Part shown: piece by piece, positions 10,802 to 23,260 of the stretch
Layout of the letters: each line of letters begins with the position of its first letter
Position numbering within the stretch: position 1 is the stretch's first letter
Assembly: GCF_018977255.1 (NCBI RefSeq)
Contig: NW_024704766.1
Span: forward strand, 4,960,001-5,024,000
Origin: Callorhinchus milii
Lineage: Eukaryota
Direction: 5' to 3'
Length of the DNA stretch: 64,000 bases
Notes under the pieces: generated by a model
Database searches by the model: none
The model's input: the letters and a program-made list of their open reading frames with translations, nothing else
What the model was told of the DNA's origin: nothing
Made by a program: the position numbers and the translations under genes

Positions 10802-13800
10802 TCAAATGGCTGTAGGTTTGCACTCTTTGACTTCAAGGCAAGACTTGGCTCGCATGGCTACTTGCGGCAGGGTAGGATTAGGACATAGGGTCATACCTGT
10901 TGGGATGTAATACAAGCTTTCCATATATTCAGTCTCAGCAGATATGCTCCTATGGATGTGATGTTGCTTATCTGCCTGATTAGTGTGCAGGCCACTTTGT
11001 TGGGACGGCATATCTGGAGGCCTTTGAGAGGACACCTGCGGGTTTACAAGCAACCCGGGGTATGGCACATTTGGCAAATACGATGGCGCCACGACACTCG
11101 GATTAAGAAGATAGGGAGAGAATGGCATTTGGTACAAACCGCCAAACGTGGGCTGAGCCTGAGGCATTACAACTTCAACATACTGACCAGTTTCTGGATC
11201 CAGAAGCATTTTCCTTGAAGGCTGGACAGGAGCATCAACAAAGTAGTACTTTCCCGTCTCTGGGTCAACCAGGATCTTCCTCTCTGTTTGAGGATACTGG
11301 TAGCTTGGCACTGGGGCCTTGTCGATATCTTGAGCACTCTGGGGTACCTCGCAAAATGTTTCAGGAAAGTTCAATGTCCTTGCCTCCGGAAAGAAAGGAA
11401 GCATTTGGGGCTGCGATGGATTGGGGACCTGAGAGAGACTGTATGGATTCCATAGAGATGTACCGGGAGACTGCGATTCCTGGGAGACTTGCTGAGAAAG
11501 CGTTTTCTCTTGCCTGTGAGGATTTGGAATCTCCCAACTCTGTTGGCGCTGAAAATATGGGATGGCCAATGGAGTAGGCTGACTTGACTTAAAACCAGTG
11601 GAATACGGAGAGGTAGGTGTTTGTACCTGAGCAGGCACAGGCGGCTTCTGTTCCTTAATAGGAATGGCGAGATAGTTTACAGTTTCAGAGCAGGTTTTGT
11701 GTTCTTTTGGGACTGTTCAGTTGACAGCTGCACTTTAACCTTTGAGGAATTAGATTCCCCTTGATCCTGACTGTCAGAGATAGACAACCTGTTAGTAGAC
11801 TTAACAGGAAGAACTGATGTCACATTTAACTCTGTAAAAGTCGAATGGCTTTGTGACGCTTTAGCTGCGGACTTTGAGATATTCGTTACAGGTGTGGATG
11901 TGTCAGAAATATCATGTCTCTCAGATGGATGAGCAGATGTCTTCAAAGAGCCTTTCACTGCCTGGTAGCCTTCTGAAGATCTTGCCGGGACCTTGCCTCT
12001 TTGTCTTCTGTCCTAACTAAAGGCGAAGGCTGTGGAATAGGATCATTTGGGATCTGGTACTGTACAGATGAAAGTTGTTTATTTCTAATTTTGCTGTCAC
12101 TAGGCTCCGAGCTATTCTTATCTGCCTTCATCCTTTCTTCTTCCAAAATCAGTGACAATACGTAGCTATCTTTAACTAGCTGTGATTCCCGCAATAACCC
12201 TGGCTTCAGCCCTGGCTTCTCTGAAGCCTGCACCTGTTCAGCTTTCCCCTTTTTCACTTGCTTCTCCAATTCAGTTGACAACTCGTTCTTGGTCTCCCTT
12301 TTGCCGAGCGACTGAACGTCATGATTCTGGACACAATAATCTCGGGAATTAAGCCAATTTTCGGGACCATCTTCGTTCCGATCACCGCTCTTAGTTTTGC
12401 CAGTCAGCAGGTCGTCTTTGGTGTATGCAGTTGGATTTTCTTCGGTCTCCGTTCTAGGCTCATTCTTTTTGGTCGACAGTTTGAGATCGTCATTCTTTGA
12501 CGGTGAAATCTTGAAGCGTTTAGTTTGACCTTCTGATCGATCTCGCACATCTCTATTACGCTCGCTGTTTCCATGTATCACATTGGCTTCTGTGTTTGAA
12601 GTTGTATTTCCAAGTTGGTTGTGCAGTTTGACTTGTCCTTCTGTTTGACGAGAAACTTTATTGGGTGAGATATTACTATCTTCCTTGGCTGCATTGAATT
12701 TGGAAGGAATTTGACTTTCTCTGTCAGTCTTCACTTTATCCTTAGGATGCACGGAAACATTTTGTTTCTGCTTATTTCTTTCAGAGGACAAATTGGTGCT
12801 TTCATTATTCAAACAAATCTTACCAGTCAGGTGTTTGTTCAAATTTTCTCCTCCAACCTGGGCTTCTGTTTTCGATCCAGCCTTCATTGCCGATGCTTTG
12901 ACATCTTCATTCTTCACTGTAGATGAGGTTTGCACCTTGTCATCTTTTGCCTGCTCTTTTTTAGACGTTTTCATATCAGTAAAATGGATTAAATCTTCAG
13001 TTCCTTCTTTCTCAATCACTGTTTTCCTGGAGGAACCAACCTTGTTCTTCATGATGTCTGTTGGAATTAAGAACTTGATGTCTGAAGAATACATCCTTGA
13101 GGTGTCTGTACTCCCTGCATACGTCCAGTACTTTTTATCAACTGACAGATGATTGTCTCTGATGCCTTTGTGATTTATTGACTGGTATTTGATAAAAATG
13201 GGCAAAGGCAGAGTGTTTAGCGATGAAGTGCGATCAGGTGTGGCATCTTCTGAATCTTCAGGATTAAAAACTTGTTCAGATCCGTACAGTTTTACGTCAG
13301 TGAATGTCAAAGCCCCGTAGGTATTTTTGACCAATTTACGCACATCTCGCACATGATGTATAGGCCCTTTTCCTTTCTGTTTTAAATATCTGTTGTCTTT
13401 TATCTCGAACTGGGGCTCTTTCACCTTGCAATCACCAGTCTCATATTTAAAGGATGCTGGCAGTGTGTGATATTTAGGGTCTAGGGGAATTACTTTACTG
13501 CTGGAGCTAATGTTTGGGGACAACAGCTCTATGCTTCCAAAGAGCTCATTCAACTTCTCCATTGGCATTTGCAAAGCTTTCGTTTTTTCTGGTGACCTAG
13601 AAATACGTCTTGGCTGATTCTTCAACTCGGAAGTGCTACCTGACCACTTGTAACTAATCTTGTCTTCATAAGCTGTCAGCTTGCTTTGCTTTGACTGACT
13701 GACTTGCGAGATCTCCTTGGGAAGATGTGGGATGCCATCTACATCACTGTCTACTACAACTTGTTCATTGGCCTTTTTCTCATCAGCTCGCACACTGTCT

Positions 13801-15194
13801 AAGCCATGTAACATCAAGTAAGATTGCTCTCCACATAGCCCCATCCCTCTCCCTGATTTAATTCCCTTTATGCTGTCTGTGTTGCTTTCCTTCCAGTTTC
13901 TAAACGCGCTGTTTTCCCCACGATTAAAGATATCTCTGCTGGGCTGCCCATCTAAACCAAGACCCCCCTCGCACCATATAGACCCCCAGCTGTTCTGTCG
14001 CAAAACACTTCTCTTTTCATGCGTCGCCTCACCGAGATCATAACTTTTCCTTCTGAAACTCCTGGAAAGTTCCTCCTCGGACATATCGCTCTCGGATTTG
14101 GAATTGGAGTTTTGGCGTCTCAGTTCCTGGGGAAACTCAAACTCCTTCAAGTTTACAGAGGAGGGGGTTGAGGGAACAGAAGGGAGGTTGTCCTGAATTA
14201 CTCCACGTTCCATTTTAAGCTCTTGCTCGAAGAGCATCTTCTTCGAGATGACGTTAGATATGTGACACGAGGCAAATTTGGCCTTTTTTGAGCATTCTTC
14301 CATTGACTCCGCTCTCTTCAGTTGCCTGTTGACTTCTTCCTTCGTTTCCACGCTCACCTTCGTCTCCTTTTTGTAAGGAGCGGTTTCGGGCTTTTCTGGA
14401 AAGTTTGGAGCTTCCTCCGTTTTATGCATCTCGCTTCCAAGCTCAGTCGCGGCCCGGCAATCGGTGGCATCCTTCGACGTAAAGATTTTAAGTTCGCTTC
14501 GCTGGCGTTTCTTCAGTTGGATCTCTCTCTTTGGTACGGTCCTACTTTCACCTCGTACTTTGCTCTCCTCTCGAGTCTCCACAGCCACATCAACGCACTC
14601 AAACTGGGCTCTGCCATAACTCTCTTCCGAATCCGCATTGCCGCTTTCCTCACTTCTGGTGCTTAAAGTGCAGACGGCGCTGCTATTAGACTTTGTGTTG
14701 TCCTCGCCTGGGAAACCCAAGTCAACATACGTAGATGACCTTTTAATGCTGTTGCTGTCCTCTGAGCGCGACAGAGACAAATCGCTGGAGGTCCTGGTGC
14801 TATAGACATCGATGTAGCTATTGTGAGGACAGGCCAGGCTACGGAAGGCTAGAGCAGTGAGCTTCCGAACCTCGTAATCAGTTTCATCCAACCCACTCAC
14901 CACACTAGAGGTCTCACTCATATAATCAGCATAAGCACTTTTAACACTTACAACTGGATCTCTCCTGAAACAGTCGTCCAGATTTTTCTTGTCAATCTGA
15001 AACATTTCTCGCTTCGGTGGATTGAGAGAGGGTGGCGTGTCGATTCCCTGCTCGTCTGAGCTTCTGCTGTCTGGTTGTGAGCAGTGAGCCTCTCCTGTAT
15101 CTATCCCGGCTATTCTGGGAAGCAAGTGACAGCTGAACCTGTTGGCTTCTATACCCTTTGCAGTTGTTGCTGTCTTGTGCATCCTCCCCCACAT
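10802..15194 (-). CDS. C4orf54/PROB1-family DUF4585 protein, single long exon, interrupted in this assembly by two 1-nt frameshifts (about 11955-12012 and 11680-11716)
   Basis: The 1081-aa ORF carries C4orf54-type motifs KFAS..SNVISKKM.FEQELKMERG and PIHHVRDVRKLVKNTY. The third frame carries NYLAIPIK and the DUF4585 signature RKILVDPETGKYYFVDAPVQPSRKMLLDPETGQYVEV. First in-frame ATG is at 15194. Confidence 0.85.
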
Positions 15195-15497
15195 CCCCAA
15201 TGGATCATGTTTAATGGCTTTGCTGACTGTTCCTACATTTTACGTGGTTGCATTTTCTGTTAGGAAAGTCTCAGTGTTGAAGAATGCCCTGGTGTTGTAA
15301 AAATCTTTATCCTTCCAAAGCTTAAGATGCATTGGCCAAGTGAGCAAACTTTAAATCATTCTTGGCTTTCTTCTATTCAGGGTTGAATATTAACTGCCAG
15401 CTCACAGCTTGATTGTTTAGCTGCTCCTGTCAGTCACGGCAGTGAAACTATTTCAGTAGTTTTGCCCACACTGACGGGCTATTGGACTTTATTGGAA

Positions 15498-15908
15498 AGG
15501 CAGACCAGTCACTGGGAGCAGGGAGTCATCTCAAGCAGCTCCTATAAACCCTGCAAGCCAAAGCCCTAACGGGTAGAGTGGTCCCAGTTAGATAAGCAGC
15601 GGGAAAGCTTGCCAGACAGCGATATCAATGGCAAGCTATGAGGTTTTCGCTGGTTAGACTCCAGCAGTTACCCCAACGCACGCTCTGGGCTCCCCCAAAG
15701 CCTTGGCTCTTGCCAACTTGGGCCTAATAGCTTCCGGAATTAGGTTAAGAAGCGAGAGAGAGAGAGAGAGAGAGAGAGCGCATACCATTCCAACATTCTA
15801 TCTCTGGGATTTCCATGTGTAGGTTGGATGCCTGGAAATCTCAGCTTAGTTTGGAGACTCTTAAGCCCAGTGATGGGTTTCCGCATGTGTCAGACACCCG
15901 GCTGGGCA
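15498..15908 (-). repeat. Unclassified dispersed repeat, copy A
   Basis: Reverse complement aligns by eye with 26550-26800 (+) and 55350-55760 (+). Confidence 0.75.
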
Positions 15909-16101
15909 AAAAAAAAAGACTTTACTTCAACTGATTCTGTTCTTTCCTTCAAGTTGTCCAGAGCACATCACTTTCAGGAAGCCTGGGATCCTTAAGGTCT
16001 TTAAGCCCAACCTCACTGCGAGACACCCAGGCTAAATGACTCAAAGTGCTCCACAATAATGATAGATAGCAACCAAATAGAGAGATATTTTAAGAGAGTG
16101 T

Positions 16102-16458
16102 GATAATAATAATCCTTACATTTGATATAACGCCTTATCACGTCGTTGAGACGTCTCAAAGCGCTTCACAGAATATACTGTAAAGCGAATTGACTGTATA
16201 TTTTGTGGGCGAATCGCGGCAGCCAATTGCGCCCAGCAGCGTCCCCACAAACAGTCGTAGATTGAGTGACCAATTTTATTATTTTATTTTATTGTGAAGG
16301 AATTATTACCCCTGGAAAAGCGATCCGCCAATCAACTAACAACCGGGTTCCTACTCACTGCTAGGTAAACAGAGGCGTGTGGAGTAAGGAAACTTGCCCA
16401 AAAAGTCACCCTGCCGGGAATCGAACCCAAGTTTCTCGCTTGTGAGGCGAGCGCTGTA
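16102..16458 (-). mobile_element. tRNA-derived SINE, near full length
   Basis: B-box head (GGTTCGATTCC), conserved body, (ATT)n tail. Confidence 0.85.
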
Positions 16459-18571
16459 AACAAGTAATTTCCAGAGAGTGCCAATTAATGGCCAGCTTAG
16501 TTACAGTATGTGAGGGTCACAAACAATGTTTGTGATAAAGCTTTTGACGTGACACAAAAAACGTTGCGCTTACTCCCATACGGACTCCAAATCTACCAAA
16601 TCAACATTTCATCTTCGAAATACACAGTCACTTCACCTTACAGTAAAATTTTGTGAAGCGCTTTGTGGCTTCCTGACAATAATAATGATTAATAACATGT
16701 CAAATAATAATCATAGTAACCCTCCCCTTGCATTTGATGCGGCGCCTTATCACATCATTGAGAAGTCTCAAAGCGCTTCACGGGATACACTGTAAAATGA
16801 GTTGACTGTGAACTTTGAGGGCGAAATTCGAAATGCAAAGAGAGTTGTTATCATCAATAATTCTTATTATTCTTATTATCCACTGCACTCTCATTGACCG
16901 GTGAAAGGTTAAAACTAAGTTTATTAAGGAAGCTGAGAGATGTCAGCAGCTATTAAAATAGTCCCGTGTAGAGTCCACAAGACCACTCCCTAATTCAGTC
17001 TAACTTTGCAGAACATTATAAAAGGAACAAAGTTCTTCTGCTATTTGTCGGTAAAGCCTGCTGATAATTGGATAAAATATTTGGTTAACCTCATTGTTAT
17101 TTTGGGTCAAATGTTCCCGTATCATTTTCATGGTCAGTGAGGGTTGGGATTCTTCACCGATTCTCGTCTGAAAGCCAAAGCCAAAGGTCATGAATGAGCT
17201 TAGAAATTAAATGTCTGACACTGTAGCCTCAAGTCACTATTCAGTTCAACCCTATCCCCACATGGACACAAACAATCTTTGCAACAAGGCAATCGAAAAT
17301 CTTGACTGGCTTTATCTCTCTCTCTCTCTCTCTCTCTCTCGCTCTCTCAAAGGACGCTGAGCAAACTGAGCCCTTCCCAAACTGGTTTGAGATCAGTTCA
17401 GACATTGGGGGGGGATTTCAAACTCGTGACCTTGAATTCATTCAACTGTGTTGAACTGAGTAATCTCCTGAGACACTGACCAGATTTAGGGAGAGCTCGG
17501 ACATCACGTTAGAAAGAAAACGGTGGTCACAAATGGGTGTGATTGAAACAACGTAATCAGAACGTAAGAATTTGCTAGCGACGGAAGACCAAGGTCCATC
17601 TGGTTCTCTATCCGCCGTCCTGGCAGTCGCCTGACATGTCGTGTCCCAAACTATATACTGTATCCCCCAGGTATTATTTCCCAACAGAAACCTTTCTAGT
17701 TTGTTCTTGAAACAAATAACACTTTCTGCTTCCGCCATCTTCTCTTGGGAGCCTGTTCCATAAGTTTACTTCTTGCTCACTCAAGTAGTAGTCTCCGCAG
17801 ATGTGTCCTGAATTTAAACCCCACCCCCACTTCGATCGCAGACCATGTCCTCTGGTTCTACTGCTCAGCAGAAGCTAAAACAGCTTATCATGGTCTACAC
17901 TATCACGTCCCAAAGACAGGTGGGAGGTGAGGAGAAACAGATTTCTTTTAGGAAGAGTGCGCTGTAAAAAGTTATGGTTAGCAGCAGGTGGTTAAATTAG
18001 ACACGGGCAGAATTTGAAACCTGCCAGACAGTCACAGTCACGTGCAACAACTAAAATAACCCCCAACTGCGATCAGAGGCAATGTTTGAAACCATTGTTG
18101 CCCATGGAGACGAGAGTTTTTCTTTCTCACAACTGCCAACAATATCTCCGCAACCAACACCGTCCGCAACCTCTCTCACCTCTCTATCTCGAGCCCTTAT
18201 CTCTGTCACTTGACACTGTGGTAAAATGCAACTTAAGTGAACCCTCAGAAGGGAGGTTCTTATCACATCAAAGAATCATTGAAGCACAGTTTAATCACTT
18301 GGGCTGCAATGGTTCCAATCATTGGCTGCTTCTGAACTTTATAGTTTGGGGTGCTCTATTCTACAAAGATAGAACGATAGATAAGATCTTCAGTCTTGAA
18401 AACAACTGAAAGGTGACCTTATGATTATCATTATATGATACAAAACGAAGCTGAAACGGAAAAAAAATCAGTACAATACCTGGTCATAATGGAGATAAGC
18501 CTTCCTTGTTAAAGGTAGAGGTTGTGCAATGACTGGGTTTGTTCCATATTGGTCATAGTTCCGTCTACAAC

Positions 18572-18903
18572 AATAATAATAATCCTTGCATTTGACACAG
18601 CACCATATCACGCCTTCGAGACGTCTCAAAGTGCTTCACGGAATATACTGTAAAGTGAATCGCTTGTATATTTTGTGGCAACCCGTTACAGACAGCAATA
18701 TCCCACAAACAGTCGTGAATTGAGAGGCCAAATTATTATTTTTTTTAAGCGATTATTACCCTGGAAAAGCGACTAACATCCGAGTACCTACTTATTGACG
18801 TGTGAGTAAGGAAACTTGCCCAACGTTTTGCCCTTCCGGGAATCGAGTCCAGCTCCTCTCGCTTTGCGAGGCGAGTGCTCCAACCACTGAGCTACAGGAC
18901 TCC
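18572..18903 (-). mobile_element. tRNA-derived SINE, full length
   Basis: Head GGAGTCCTGTAGCTCAGTGG, body and tail all present. Confidence 0.85.
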
Positions 18904-19584
18904 AATATGGCTTTAATAAAACTTTTCATATTACTTTTATCCACGTTGAGATCAGGCTCAGATGTGATGGGACTGTCTCTCTGGCTGCCCTCTCTATAAG
19001 ATGAGATACGAAACCAAATCTCTCTCATTAACTTTGAAGTATCTAACACCGTGCCGATGAGCAGTGCTCGTGGCAAATAACAGTCACTGAAATGTTTTGT
19101 TAGAAATTCAATCGTAAAATTGGATGCACACCCAATTTGTGCGTTACACACAGGATAACACATGGACTGGAGTGCATTACACGCAGATGAGTGAACGATA
19201 CCAAGGATTCCAAGGCCTGAAACACCACATGGCACTCGCCTTCAAAAAAAGACTGCAGAAAATTAGCTCCTGAATTATAATTTACTGATAGCTTCCATTT
19301 ATTTTAGTGCCTAAAAGCCTCAGAGTGCTTTGCAAAGTAAATTGGCTTTTAAATGAAAGTGAATGTTGTGTCGTGAATGTAGATACTGCAGCTAATCTGG
19401 TTCGCTATCTACTCTGTTAATAATTGTTCACAGAGCCTTCCTTCCCCGGGGGGGGGGGAGACACGTACGTGCAATGTCCCAAACCAAAAGCCAATGAGTG
19501 TGTAGGCGGACAGACATTCTGTGTTGTAAAGTTACCGGCTTCATAAACGGGTTTGAGGCAGTTTTACTTGGGTTCCAGTTTCCT

Positions 19585-19906
19585 TAATAATAATAATAAT
19601 CCTTGCATTTGATATAGCGCTTTTCACGTCGGGAGGACGTCCCAAAGCGCTTCACAGAATATACTGTAAAGTGAGTTGACTGTATATTTGTGGGCGAACG
19701 CGGCAGCCAATTGCGCACAGCAATGTCCCACAAACAGTCATAGATTGAAAATGACCAATTTATTATTGTTTTTGGTTTTGGAGGGATTATTATTAGGCTC
19801 TGTGTGGAGTAAGGAAACTTGCCCGAGGTTTCGCCCTCTGCCTGGAATTGAACTCAGGTCTCTCGCTTGCAAAGCGAGTGCTCTAACCACTGAGCTACAG
19901 GACTCC
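19585..19906 (-). mobile_element. tRNA-derived SINE, young subfamily
   Basis: A-box (TAGCTCAGTGG) and B-box (GAGTTCAATTCC) head; near-identical to 27432-27759 and 37424-37747. Confidence 0.9.
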
Positions 19907-20249
19907 ACGGTTTTTCCTTGGCAAGGTATGCCATCTAGTGATAATGTTGAAGACTGTAGGTGTGATTGTGTGTATCATAGTGCTCTATAAATGCTAATTG
20001 TTTTTCTTGAAGTGTATTTTGTTGCATTGTAGTTGCCAATAAATAGGGACAAGGGATGGGGGGGAACAGGAGATCGGACTCATTAGAATAATAATCCTTG
20101 TGTTCGATATACCGCCTTATCACATTTCTGAGATGTCTCAATGTACATAGAATCATAGAATATTACAGCACAGAAGGAGGCCATTTGGCCCACTGTGTCT
20201 GTGCCGGCTCTTTGGAACCCAATCAGTGTCACTCCTCTGCCCATGCATT

Positions 20250-21630
20250 ATTCGAACCCCTCGAGTCGGGTTTCCGTGCTGCCCATAGCACAGAAACTGC
20301 CCTGGTCAAGGTCACCAATGACATCCTGACCATCTGCGATCAGGGCTCCCTCTGCCTCCTCGTCCTCCTCGACCTATTGGCAGCATTCGATACGGTCGAC
20401 CACTCTATCCTCCTCCACCGCTTGTCCTCCCACCTCAACTTTCAAGGCCCTGTCCTTGAGTGGTTTAGGTCGTACCTCTCCCACCGTCTTCATTTTGTTT
20501 CCACACACGGCTTTTCCTCCACCCCCCGCACTGTCTCGTGCGGTGTCCCTCAGGGCTCTGTCGTCGGTCCCCTCCTCTTCACCCTCTATATGCTCCCCCT
20601 GTGGTGATATCATCCGCAGACATGGGGTTAACGTCAACATGTATGCGGATGACACCCAACTCTACCTTTCCTCCTCTACCCTCAACTCCACGACCACAGA
20701 TGTCCTGACAGCTGTCTGTCCGACATCGAGTCCTGGACGAGAGACAACTTTCTTCAGCTCAACGTGCGAAAAACCGAGGCCCTCCTGATTGGCTCCGTCA
20801 GCGCCTCCGCACCTCAGGCACTGACACCATCAGCATCCAAGGCTGCACTCTCCACCTCTCAAAGCCATCAGGAACCTCGGGGTTCTGTTCGACCCTGAGC
20901 TGTCCTTTCTTCCTCATATCCGCACCACAACTGGCACCGCCTTCCATCACCTGCGGAACATCGCCAGACTATGAGAACTCTCTCCTCGCCGGCCTTCCCG
21001 GCCCTCCCTCCACACTGCAGGTCATTCAGAACTCTGCAGCTCATGTACTGTCCCGCACCAGGCTTCACGACCACATCACTCCCACCCTCACCCTCGCCCT
21101 CACCCTCGCCCTCGCTCGCCTCCACTGGCTCCCCATCCCCCAGAGGATCAAATTCAAGATCCTCATCCTCACCTACAAGGCCATTCACGGCCTCGCTCCC
21201 TCCTACCTCTCTGACCTACTATCCCCCTACCTACCTGCCCGTACCCTCCGTTCCTCTGGCTCCGGTCTGCTCCACATCCCCCGCCCCAACCGCCCTACCA
21301 TCGGTGGCCTTCAGCCTCTCAGCCCCGAGGCTCTGGAACTCCATACCCCAGTGCCTTCGCCGCTTCCTCCCTTTCCTCCTTCAAGGCCGGTCTCAAGACC
21401 CTTCTCTTTGACTGTGTCTTCAGCTCCCCTCTCGACTCTCTACTCCCTCCTCGCTCCCTCCCTTCCCTCCCCTCACCCTGACCATTTCCCCCCTCCTCGC
21501 TCCCTCCCTTCCCTCCCCTCACCCTGACCATTTCCCCCCAATGCTCGGGTCCTGACCCAACTGTACAGCGCCTTGGGACGTCCTCCCGACATGAAAGGCG
21601 CTCTATAAATGGATTCTTGTTGTTGTTGTT
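20250..21630 (+). mobile_element. L2 LINE, 5'-truncated, RT region to 3' tail
   Basis: [13 protein letters not shown]...[12 protein letters not shown]...[10 protein letters not shown] followed by MYADDTQLY; frameshifted; ends in stem-loop tail and (TTG)n. Confidence 0.93.
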
Positions 21631-22199
21631 GTCAGACAGAAACTTCCTTAACTCATCAAATAGAGGAACGAGATCTTTGACATTCATCTGAACAGGGAGG
21701 TGTGTAAACATAGAAGGTGCCAGGAGAGGGCTAGAATGAAGTGACAAAAGCACAGAACCGTGCCAACTAAAAGGTCAAGAGAGGCAGGTCCCAACCCAAA
21801 GGTGTGACGTGACCATTTTCCACAGTTCCAGTCAATCAGTGCTCAATCGGTGACACCTTAACATCACCTGCCTGCATTTATAGGATGCTCAACCCACAGT
21901 GAGAGGAAGAGGCTTACACTTACACCGAGTCTGAGCAATTTTAAATAATAATATCCTTGCAGTTGATACAGCGCCTTACCTCGTCTATGAGACGTCTCAA
22001 AACGCTTCACAGAATATAATGTAAAGTGATGTTTGTTATTATCATAACAAAGTATTTTGCGTATTTTGTGGGGGAAACGGTTTTGTCTTAAAATATAAGA
22101 TTGCATAGAATTGGATGAAAATTAATGAATTCGGTCTTAATTTAAAAGCCAGTTTCTTTCTTTTCTGTGGAAGTCCTGTAGCTCAGTGGTTAAAGGCTC

Positions 22200-23260
22200 G
22201 GCCCATCGAGTCTGTGTGGCTCTTTGACAGAGCGTCACTTTCACTAACCCCACTCACCAGCTTTCTCCCCATAACCCTGCAAACCTGTCTTCTCCAGATA
22301 CCTATCCAGTTCTCTCTTAAAAGCTGTTATTGAATCGGACTTCACTGCCCTTTTGGGCAGATCATTCCAAACTTGAACAGCTCGCTGAATGAAAAAATTT
22401 CTTCTAACCTCCCCTCTGCTTCTTTTGGTAGATATCCCAAGACTGTGACCACGAGTCACAGACGCACCTACCAGCGGAAACAGCTTTTCCCTATCTCGCC
22501 TGTCGAAACCTTTCATGATCTTGAAGACCTCTATCAGGTCCCCACGTAACCTTCTCTGCTCTAATGGGAAAAGTCCTAACTTCTCCAGCCTGTCCTCATA
22601 GCTAAGGTTCCCCATTCCTGGTATCATTCTCGTGAATCTCCTCTGCACCCTTTCCAGTGCCTTAATATCCTTCCTGAGGTAAGGTGCCCAGAACTGGACG
22701 CAGTACTCCAGCTGAGGCCTAACCAGTGTTTTGTACAGATTAAGCATAACCTCTTACTCTTATACTCTACTAATGAAGCTCAGTACACCAAATGCCCTTT
22801 TTACTGCCCTATCTACCTGCTCTGCCGCCTTCAATGAATCGCTTACTTGAACGCCCAGATCTCTCTGTACGTTCACCCCCCTTAAGATTGAGCTCCCAAG
22901 CCTATATTGCCTCCTATCATTTTTCCTACCTAAGTGTATCACCTCACACTTATCCACATTGAAATCCATCTGCCACATGTCAGCCCATTCCACCATTCTG
23001 TGTATGTCTGCCTGCAGTTGGTTACAGTCCTCCTCACTATTTACTACCCGACCTAACTTGGTATCATCTGCAAACTTGGAAATAGTGCTCTCTATGCCCA
23101 AGTCCAGATCATTAATATATATTAGAAAGAGCAGTGGTCCCAATACCGATCCCTGGGGGACACCGCTGCACACCTCCTTCCATTGCGAGTAACACCCATT
23201 AACCACCACCCCCTGCGTTCTGTCACTCAGTCAGTTCCTAATCCAAACGACTACTGTTTC
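22200..23260 (-). mobile_element. CR1 LINE, 5'-truncated, nested in a plus-strand SINE head (22170-22200 and 23260-23565)
   Basis: ORFs 22760..23209 (GVPQGSVLGP, KFADDTKL) and 22244..22747 (RPQLEYCVQFWAP). Confidence 0.93.

Noticed and set aside
11677-12012. Programmed -1 frameshifting or an intron explaining the split DUF4585 gene
   Set aside because: No in-phase X XXY YYZ heptamer (CCCAAAA is out of phase), and no phase-compatible donor/acceptor pair with a polypyrimidine tract.
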